Source: Patescibacteria group bacterium
Lineage (GTDB): Bacteria; Patescibacteriota; Saccharimonadia; Saccharimonadales; JANWIN01
Length of the DNA: 64,000 bases
NCBI GenBank assembly: GCA_035480855.1
Contig: DATIHJ010000019.1
Span: forward strand, 80,096 to 144,095
Reading direction: 5' to 3'
Shown here: positions 35,709 to 41,758 of the stretch, one piece after another
Layout: every line of letters begins with the position of its first letter
Numbering within the stretch: the first letter of the stretch is position 1
The notes under the pieces: model-generated
Databases searched by the model: none
Told to the model about the DNA's origin: nothing
Seen by the model: the letters and a program-made list of their open reading frames with translations, nothing else
Translations under genes and position numbers: made by a program

Positions 35709-36437
35709 GTGAAAGAGGGTACTGTGGGGGTATATAGCAACATACAAATACGTCAGGCAATGGAGGATGGTCATATTATTTGCACTCCTTTTGACCCTAA
35801 GCGCGTATCGCATGCCAGCCTTGATGTTACTCTGGGTTACTACTTCTACCGCATAGAGCGGATGAACGAGCGTAACATTTATAACCCGTTTGACCGTGAG
35901 GACGTGGAGCGCTATTTTGATGGCCCTTACAAGGCACAGCCTCACGCCGAGTGGTGTGACCAGAACGGTGTAAAGCCGCTGCTAGGCATTTCAGATAGTC
36001 ACCCAGTTATTGCACTTAAACCTGGAGAGCGTATTTTGGCACATACCCATGAGTTTTTTGGCATTAAGCCACCTGGTGCGTTTGATCTAAGAGCCCGCTC
36101 TAGTTGGGCACGCAACGGAGTCGCAGTGTGTTTTGATGCTGGCTGGGTTGATCCGGGCTACATTAATCGGCTTACCCTTGAAATCTATAACCTGAATCAC
36201 CGTGAAACAGTTGTATTGCCAGTGGGTGAGCGTATTGCCCAGGCAGTGTTTCACGAAACGGGTGAAGTTGAGGGTAATTACGGTTCAGGCCGGGACGAAG
36301 GTTTTAGCGGCAAGTACCAACGAGGCACAGACATAGATACAATCATCAAAACCTGGGCACCGGATATGATGCTACCTCAAGCATACAAAGACAAACGCAC
36401 ATTGCCACCTAAAATTGAAGGTATGGCGTATGAGTGA
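35709..36437 (+). CDS. dcd: dCTP deaminase family protein (long, 242 aa)
   Basis: RARSSWARNGVAV...GWVDPGYINRLTLEIYN core of the dCTP deaminase/dUTPase superfamily. GTG start after AGAGGG. Confidence 0.8.
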   Translation: MKEGTVGVYSNIQIRQAMEDGHIICTPFDPKRVSHASLDVTLGYYFYRIERMNERNIYNPFDREDVERYFDGPYKAQPHAEWCDQNGVKPLLGISDSHPVIALKPGERILAHTHEFFGIKPPGAFDLRARSSWARNGVAVCFDAGWVDPGYINRLTLEIYNLNHRETVVLPVGERIAQAVFHETGEVEGNYGSGRDEGFSGKYQRGTDIDTIIKTWAPDMMLPQAYKDKRTLPPKIEGMAYE

Positions 36438-38769
36438 GCCGCTTGGTAAATATATAGTCATCGAGGGTCCAGAGGGTGCGGGCAAGACAACCCAAATAAC
36501 ACTTCTGGCAGCCGGACTGCAAGCAGCCGGTTTGCCAGTACGTGTCCTTCGTGAGCCAGATAGCCAGAGCGATTTAACCGCCCGTAGCATACGTCAGCTG
36601 ACCCAAGACCCACGCTACCCCATGAATAGCCGCACAGAAGTGCTACTTTACAACGCTGCTCGTTCACAATCACTGGATATTATTCGTGCGTCTATTGCCC
36701 AAGGCATTATGTGCCTAGTAGATCGTAATTACCTGACCACATTGGCTATTCAGTATTACGGACGTGGAGATGTACCGGATTACGAAACTATAAACCAAAT
36801 TATAAGCTTTGCAGTCAACGGTATGGAGCCAGACCTTACGATTGTACTGGATGCACCCGTGCAAATGCTTCGCGAGCGCACCCAGACGCGGCGTACCAAG
36901 GAACGCTTTGACAATCTGGACGAAGCCTTTTTGGAACGAGTTAGGGCAGGGTACCTCTGGGAAGCCAAACAGCGAGGCTTACCGGTTGTATTTGCGACAG
37001 AGCCACCAGAAGAAGTCTTTAAGCAAGTATGGGAATTAGTCGCTCAAACACTAGCTATACGGGGCCCCAAAGCTCAGCAGGCCAGCGAGCCTGCATCGAT
37101 TAGAGACATCTTAGCGGAGCGCCAAACCACCATGCCACATTCTAAACAGATGGAAACTCAAGGAGAGGATGAAGCTTTAGTTATTAAAGACGACCAGGGT
37201 GTTTATAGCGTGACAGACGCTGGCCGCCGCGAGCTGGAACAAGCAGTCACGAATGTAGACGATGATGTTTATTCATTTACTGAGCGCCTGAGCCCAATGA
37301 CCATTGCAGCAGCCATGGCTCGACTCAGCCGTCGGGGCGATGATATGCGTATTACACTTTTGGATGAATTTATGGGCAAGGCCGGTAAGGACGAACAGCT
37401 TCTGCACCGCATTATTACCGCTTTTGGCGACGATTCTGTACAGCAGTTGGCAGGGCAGCACATAGTGGTAGAAAACGCTTCAAACTTGCTAACCAAAAAG
37501 TTGGAGTGGGGCAGGCTGGCCGCCTATTTGGAGCAGTCCACGCGTTACATCTACTTTGACCAAAAGGATAAAGACGGTAATTACAAATACTACGTGCCCA
37601 AACAGTTCAACAAAAAGACTGCTAGCTTGTACCGCAAAGCTATGGATGCAATATTTGACAGCTACTCAGATATGGTTCGAGAACTAACAACCTACATCCA
37701 GCAGCACTCAAACGTCCCCAAGAAGGAGCAAGACGGAGCCTGGCGGGCCGCCACCAGGGCCCAGGCCTGTGATGCAGTCCGCCCAGTGTTGCCGGTAGCG
37801 ACTAAGTCTACCGTAGGCATTTATGCCTCTGGACAGGCTCTAGAAAGCCTTATTATGCACTTACTAAGTGATGAGCTACCTGAAGCCCGTGAAACAGGCC
37901 AGAAAATGCTCGATGAAGCTCGCAAAACTATGGGCACATTCCTAGAGCGCGCCGACAAGCCTGACCGTGGCGGTGCAATGGTTGCCTACCGAGCCAATAC
38001 TGCAGCAGGAGTAAAAGATCTTGCGCATAAATATTTGCCAGATAATTATGGCCAACAAGATGCGCCGGTCACCCTCACAGCCGTTTGGCCCCGTAACGAG
38101 CTAGACCTAATACCAGATATGCTCTACGACCATAGCAATTTATCACTAGAAGAGTTAAAACAGCAGGTTAGCGCTTGGCCCTACAGCAGAAAAGAAAAAG
38201 TCTTTAAGGCATATGTTGGTGAGAGGCTTAACCGCCGCCATAAGCCAGGACGAGCATTAGAAAACGCCCACTATAGCTGGGATCTACTATGCGATTACGG
38301 CATTTTCCGCGACTTGCAGCGCCACCGCATAGTGGATGACCTAGAATGGCAGCTACTTACACCGCGCTATGGCTACGATGTACCGTCACTAATAGAAGAG
38401 GCTGGACTAACAGAGCAGTTCCAGGCTTGTTTTGATACAAGTCTTGAACTCTATAGCGCCCTGCAGGCTTCAGGGTACGAACTTGAGGCCCAATATGCTA
38501 CCTTGCTAGGCCACAAAATGCGTTGGAAGATTACCTATAACGCTCGTGAAGCCTTCCACTTGCACGAACTACGTACTACACCCCAGGGACACCCTGGCTA
38601 CCGCAAGCTGGTATTACAGATGCATGAAAAGCTAGCTGAGATCCACCCGATGTTGGCGGAAGCTATGAAATTTGTGAATCAAGACGAAGATCCGGCGTTA
38701 ACCCGTCTAGCAGCTGAGCGCTACACACAGTTCAAGCTAGAGCAGTTGGACAAAGCCAAATCTAAGTAG
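36430..38769 (+). CDS. thyX: Fusion protein: thymidylate kinase (N-terminal, about 210 aa) + tandem ThyX-like (FAD-dependent thymidylate synthase, Thy1) domains
   Basis: ATG 36430 overlaps the dcd stop (ATGAGTGA). Tmk motifs: IEGPEGAGKTTQ and DRNYLTTLAIQYYGRG. ThyX-like halves: EWGRLAAYLEQSTRY and FRDLQRHRIVDD...TPRY / NAREAFHLHELRTTPQGHPGYR. Confidence 0.75.
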   Translation: MSEPLGKYIVIEGPEGAGKTTQITLLAAGLQAAGLPVRVLREPDSQSDLTARSIRQLTQDPRYPMNSRTEVLLYNAARSQSLDIIRASIAQGIMCLVDRNYLTTLAIQYYGRGDVPDYETINQIISFAVNGMEPDLTIVLDAPVQMLRERTQTRRTKERFDNLDEAFLERVRAGYLWEAKQRGLPVVFATEPPEEVFKQVWELVAQTLAIRGPKAQQASEPASIRDILAERQTTMPHSKQMETQGEDEALVIKDDQGVYSVTDAGRRELEQAVTNVDDDVYSFTERLSPMTIAAAMARLSRRGDDMRITLLDEFMGKAGKDEQLLHRIITAFGDDSVQQLAGQHIVVENASNLLTKKLEWGRLAAYLEQSTRYIYFDQKDKDGNYKYYVPKQFNKKTASLYRKAMDAIFDSYSDMVRELTTYIQQHSNVPKKEQDGAWRAATRAQACDAVRPVLPVATKSTVGIYASGQALESLIMHLLSDELPEARETGQKMLDEARKTMGTFLERADKPDRGGAMVAYRANTAAGVKDLAHKYLPDNYGQQDAPVTLTAVWPRNELDLIPDMLYDHSNLSLEELKQQVSAWPYSRKEKVFKAYVGERLNRRHKPGRALENAHYSWDLLCDYGIFRDLQRHRIVDDLEWQLLTPRYGYDVPSLIEEAGLTEQFQACFDTSLELYSALQASGYELEAQYATLLGHKMRWKITYNAREAFHLHELRTTPQGHPGYRKLVLQMHEKLAEIHPMLAEAMKFVNQDEDPALTRLAAERYTQFKLEQLDKAKSK

Positions 38770-39193
38770 CCTGAGAATGTCCACCCAAAAGATATACCTT
38801 TGCATCAACCGGGGTGTGATCTTCGAGGCCAACACTACTATCATTTACCCGAAGATCAACTCTCCTGCCAAACATTTTTCCCGACCAAAGAATATTAATT
38901 CCATTTACATCTGCCGAAAGATCTGTTTGACCCCGAGAGCCAATTGATTCAACTAAGTGTTTATTCAGGAGTTGCGTATCTTCGTCAGATAACTTGACTC
39001 CCCATGCAATACAAGACCCATACTCTGTAGATTTGTCATCACGCATTTCAATTAACAATGCTTCTAGTCTGCGTTGTGCTAGGCCTATGTCTTCTGGAGT
39101 CAACGGACCTCTAAAAGCCAACGCTACAGAAATTTGAGCATCAAGCGGTAATAATCTATTTGGACCAAACTCAGGCCCTTCTGAATCTAACAT
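38762..39193 (-). CDS. Hypothetical 143-aa protein (orphan)
   Basis: SD GGAGA 6 nt upstream of the ATG. Tail-to-tail 8-nt overlap with thyX. No family recognised. Confidence 0.5.
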   Translation of the reverse strand: MLDSEGPEFGPNRLLPLDAQISVALAFRGPLTPEDIGLAQRRLEALLIEMRDDKSTEYGSCIAWGVKLSDEDTQLLNKHLVESIGSRGQTDLSADVNGINILWSGKMFGRRVDLRVNDSSVGLEDHTPVDAKVYLLGGHSQAT

Positions 39194-39223
39194 TTAATAT
39201 CTCCGAAGCAATTCAAAAATTTC

Positions 39224-39251
39224 AGATCCTTAGGATTAAGGATCTCTTTTT
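39224..39251. terminator. Perfect 9-bp palindromic hairpin with U tracts on both strands (bidirectional-terminator-like)
   Basis: AGATCCTTA-GGAT-TAAGGATCT (39224-45). The plus strand continues CTTTTTG. The minus strand continues GAAATTTTTG. Confidence 0.45.
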
Positions 39252-39308
39252 GTTTGCCTATATCTTATAGGTCTGCACGATTGAGTAATTTACTCTTCCC
39301 GAGTTATC

Positions 39309-39337
39309 TTGTCAACGTTTGACGACGGTGTTAAAAT
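39309..39337 (+). promoter_or_regulatory. Promoter TTGTCA-17 nt-TGtTAAAAT, 7 nt upstream of mini-ORF ATG 39345
   Basis: -35 at 39309-14, TG at 39329-30, -10 at 39332-37. Confidence 0.5.
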
Positions 39338-39344
39338 TACACGC

Positions 39345-39419
39345 ATGATTGGTTTGAACCGTTTGCAGCACCCCCTACTCGCTCTTACTGGGCTGTGCTT
39401 CATTACGGTTGAAGCCTGA
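39345..39419 (+). CDS. Candidate leaderless mini-ORF / leader peptide, 24 aa (MIGLNRLQHPLLALTGLCFITVEA)
   Basis: Hand translation. The last codons and the stop (39406-19) coincide with the 5' arm of the 13-bp helix. Confidence 0.4.
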   Translation: MIGLNRLQHPLLALTGLCFITVEA

Positions 39420-39485
39420 TCCGCACTACGCGGAATCGCACAGCTCAACCCAACAGGCTTCAACCGGAAGCTTGTCTTTAATTTT
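39406..39485 (+). promoter_or_regulatory. Alternative-helix switch: a 13-bp antiterminator helix versus an 8-bp terminator-like hairpin with a U-rich tail
   Basis: CGGTTGAAGCCTG (39406-18) pairs with CAGGCTTCAACCG (39454-66). Alternatively CAGGCTTC (39454-61) pairs with GAAGCTTG (39467-74), followed by TCTTTAATTTT. Confidence 0.45.
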
Positions 39486-39498
39486 AGGAGATTTAATT

Positions 39499-39717
39499 AT
39501 GAGTAAATTGCGCGGTGAATGGAGAGATATTATCTTAGATCCTTCAGATGCAGCTTATGGCCGCTGGAGGACTCACGACGGCCTTCCTCCAAACAGAAGT
39601 GAGATTGAGGGCGGACCACCTATTTTTAAGCGTTTGCCGCCTACAGAATTAGGGGCGACTTCAATACAGGCAGCTAGCATAGATGAAATAGAACAACCGC
39701 CCTATCAGCTTCCTTAG
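39499..39717 (+). CDS. Hypothetical Pro-rich 72-aa protein (orphan)
   Basis: ATG 39499 follows SD AGGAG (39486-90). The ORF track TTG 39409 lacks an SD and lies inside the leader helices. Confidence 0.5.
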   Translation: MSKLRGEWRDIILDPSDAAYGRWRTHDGLPPNRSEIEGGPPIFKRLPPTELGATSIQAASIDEIEQPPYQLP

Positions 39718-39720
39718 GGG

Positions 39721-39749
39721 TTGTATCTTACAAGTGTTTCTTGTAGAAT
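39721..39749 (+). promoter_or_regulatory. Candidate rplJL promoter (TTGTAT-17 nt-TAGAAT)
   Basis: -35 at 39721-26, -10 at 39744-49. Confidence 0.5.
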
Positions 39750-39831
39750 ATCTTTAGTTACCAAAGACAGCGACTGTGTAATAACTTAATTTGTCGCCGA
39801 GGTTTAAACAATACTTGTTTTCTCGTAATTT

Positions 39832-39857
39832 GTCTTTGGATGTCCAAAGACTTTTTT
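39832..39857 (+). terminator. Terminator-like hairpin inside the rplJ leader (L10-leader-type attenuator)
   Basis: GTCTTTGG-ATGT-CCAAAGAC followed by a T6 tract. An upstream copy of CCAAAGAC (39761-68) can pair with the 5' arm. Confidence 0.55.
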
Positions 39858-39914
39858 ATTACGGTAACTAAACCCGAGGTGGTCGATCCGGGCTAAACAA
39901 TAAGGAGACACACA

Positions 39915-40442
39915 GTGTCACTAACCAAAGATAAGAAACATGAAGTTGTTGACCAAATTGGTCAGTTACTAAGTGATGCCAAGCTAACAGTTGTTGCCAA
40001 ATACGAAGGTACAACCGTAAAAGCCATGCAGGACTTGCGTAAGCAAGCCAAAGACACCGGCACTATGGTGCATGTTGTCAAAAACCGCCTGGTTATCAAG
40101 GCAGTTGAGAGCAATGAAGCTCTAAAAAGTGTTGACACCAGCGCATTGCGCGGACAGTTACTTTACGCCTTTAACAGCGAGGATGAAGTAGCACCGGCGC
40201 AAGTTTTGGCCAACTTTGCAAAATTACAGCCACAACTACAGTTTGTAGGCGCGATTACAGCAGACGGGAAGTTCCTAGGCGCGGACGATGTTAAGGCGCT
40301 AGCTAGCTTGCCAAGCAAGGATCAGTTACGAGCCCAACTAGTCGGTACCATTGGTGCACCTCTCAGTGGCTTTGTTAATGTTCTATCGGGGAATTTGCGA
40401 GGTTTCCTGAACGTATTAAGTGCAAAAGCAGAATTAAGTTAA
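39915..40442 (+). CDS. rplJ: 50S ribosomal protein L10
   Basis: GTG start after SD AAGGAGA. Sequence and position upstream of rplL. Confidence 0.94.
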   Translation: MSLTKDKKHEVVDQIGQLLSDAKLTVVAKYEGTTVKAMQDLRKQAKDTGTMVHVVKNRLVIKAVESNEALKSVDTSALRGQLLYAFNSEDEVAPAQVLANFAKLQPQLQFVGAITADGKFLGADDVKALASLPSKDQLRAQLVGTIGAPLSGFVNVLSGNLRGFLNVLSAKAELS

Positions 40443-40455
40443 TAAGGAGAGAATC

Positions 40456-40920
40456 ATGGCAGATGAAGACGTAAAAGAGACTACTGAGGCTCCAGCCGAA
40501 AAGGCAGAAGCCAAATCAGAAAAATCAGAAAAGGTAAAAACTCCTAAGGAGTTTGAAAAACTAGTAGCTGAGCTCGACAAAATGAGTGCACTAGAGATTA
40601 GCAAATTTGTTAAATTTCTAGAAGAGTACTGGGGTGTTAGCGCCGCAGCACCAGCTGCAGCATCAGCCGCTGCACCAGCTGCAGATGCTGCACCAACAGA
40701 AGAGGCAAAGAGTGAGTACGATGTAATCCTTAAAGATGCAGGCGCCCAAAAGGTTGCCGTCATCAAGGCAGTAAAAGACATCACTAACCTCGGTCTTGGT
40801 GAAGCCAAAGCCCTAGTGGATGGTGCTCCTAAGCCCGTTCTTGAAAAGGCTAAAAAAGATGATGCCGAAGCCGCCAAGAAAACATTAGAAGACGCCGGCG
40901 CAACAGTTGAACTAGCTTAA
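40456..40920 (+). CDS. rplL: 50S ribosomal protein L7/L12 with an acidic/K-rich N-terminal extension of about 30 aa
   Basis: Ala-rich hinge and C-terminal [28 protein letters not shown]. Confidence 0.95.
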   Translation: MADEDVKETTEAPAEKAEAKSEKSEKVKTPKEFEKLVAELDKMSALEISKFVKFLEEYWGVSAAAPAAASAAAPAADAAPTEEAKSEYDVILKDAGAQKVAVIKAVKDITNLGLGEAKALVDGAPKPVLEKAKKDDAEAAKKTLEDAGATVELA

Positions 40921-40936
40921 TATAAGACTAGCGTAC

Positions 40937-40966
40937 AAAAATCACCCGTTTCGGCGGGTGATTTTA
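40937..40966 (+). terminator. Intrinsic terminator after rplL
   Basis: ATCACCCG (40941-48), loop TTTCGG, CGGGTGAT (40955-62), flanked by A and T tracts. Confidence 0.7.
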
Positions 40967-40977
40967 TACAGTCTTTT

Positions 40978-41009
40978 AGATATCCTAGCGATAGGATGTC
41001 TATCTTTTT
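40978..41009 (+). terminator. Second hairpin plus T tract (tandem terminator)
   Basis: AGATATCCTA (40978-87), loop GCGA, TAGGATGTCT (40992-41001), 10 bp with one G-U pair, followed by ATCTTTTT. Confidence 0.4.
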
Positions 41010-41101
41010 AGTTCTAATCTCTATGTACCGTACTCCTATTATTATATTTACTTGTTCTGACCCGATACTCATCGTTTATCCACAGGTTTAGACTTGCATC
41101 T

Positions 41102-41130
41102 TTGACTTGTACGTGTATTCATGGTAATTT
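41102..41130 (+). promoter_or_regulatory. Candidate promoter (TTGACT-17 nt-TGgTAATTT) for the 169-aa ORF
   Basis: -35 at 41102-07, -10 at 41125-30. Confidence 0.4.
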
Positions 41131-41176
41131 TGGGTAAGAGTGTAGCAAACAAACACACTACGGAGTAAGGGACGGA

Positions 41177-41686
41177 ATGGCAGACGTACCAGATAAACAG
41201 GTAAAAAGACTAAGAAGCCTTATTCAGGAGGCTGAGACGAGTTTGGCAGCCGCCAAAGAGCTGCTACTGAGTTTAGTGGGCGAAAACCCAGAAGAAACAG
41301 CCACAACTGTGGACGATTCGCTCGGCAAAGTTATAGAGGGTGTGTTTGACGGCCAAAACATGGTAGGCAGCGACGGCAAAACTTACCCAGTGCCTGCTAA
41401 CTATGCTTCTAAGTCAAAACTTGTACAGGGAGACATTCTCAAGCTAACAATAGGTGACGATGGTGCATTTACTTACAAACAGATTGGCCCCATTCCACGT
41501 AAACAAGTTGTTGGCAGCCTAGAGCTCAAAGAAGGCCACTACTTTGTAAAGGTTGCTGATAAAGAATACCGCGTACTACTAGCTAGTGTGACATATTTCA
41601 AGGCCAAGCCAGGCGACCAAGTTAGTGTGAACATACCAGAAGACGATGCGAACGCCGAGTGGGCAGCTCTCGAAGCCGCTTTATAA
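41177..41686 (+). CDS. Hypothetical 169-aa protein (N-terminal coiled coil, C-terminal beta-rich domain)
   Basis: SD-like GGAG/AAGGGA upstream. No family recognised. Confidence 0.5.
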   Translation: MADVPDKQVKRLRSLIQEAETSLAAAKELLLSLVGENPEETATTVDDSLGKVIEGVFDGQNMVGSDGKTYPVPANYASKSKLVQGDILKLTIGDDGAFTYKQIGPIPRKQVVGSLELKEGHYFVKVADKEYRVLLASVTYFKAKPGDQVSVNIPEDDANAEWAALEAAL

Positions 41687-41743
41687 ACACCTTTTTTACT
41701 AACCATAGCTGAATAAACAACAGCATTCGTTGTATGCCTTCGC

Positions 41744-41749
41744 TATAAT
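41744..41749 (+). promoter_or_regulatory. -10 box TATAAT 9 nt upstream of the dnaX ATG
   Basis: No SD before ATG 41759. Confidence 0.35.
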
Positions 41750-41758
41750 AGATAGCAC

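Noticed and set aside
41076-41084. Perfect DnaA-box consensus TTATCCACA upstream of the 169-aa ORF, dnaX and dnaB, considered as a possible oriC.
   Set aside because: Only a single copy was found. A given 9-mer is expected roughly 0.5 times by chance on both strands of 64 kb. No box cluster, AT-rich unwinding element or dnaA/dnaN gene lies nearby.
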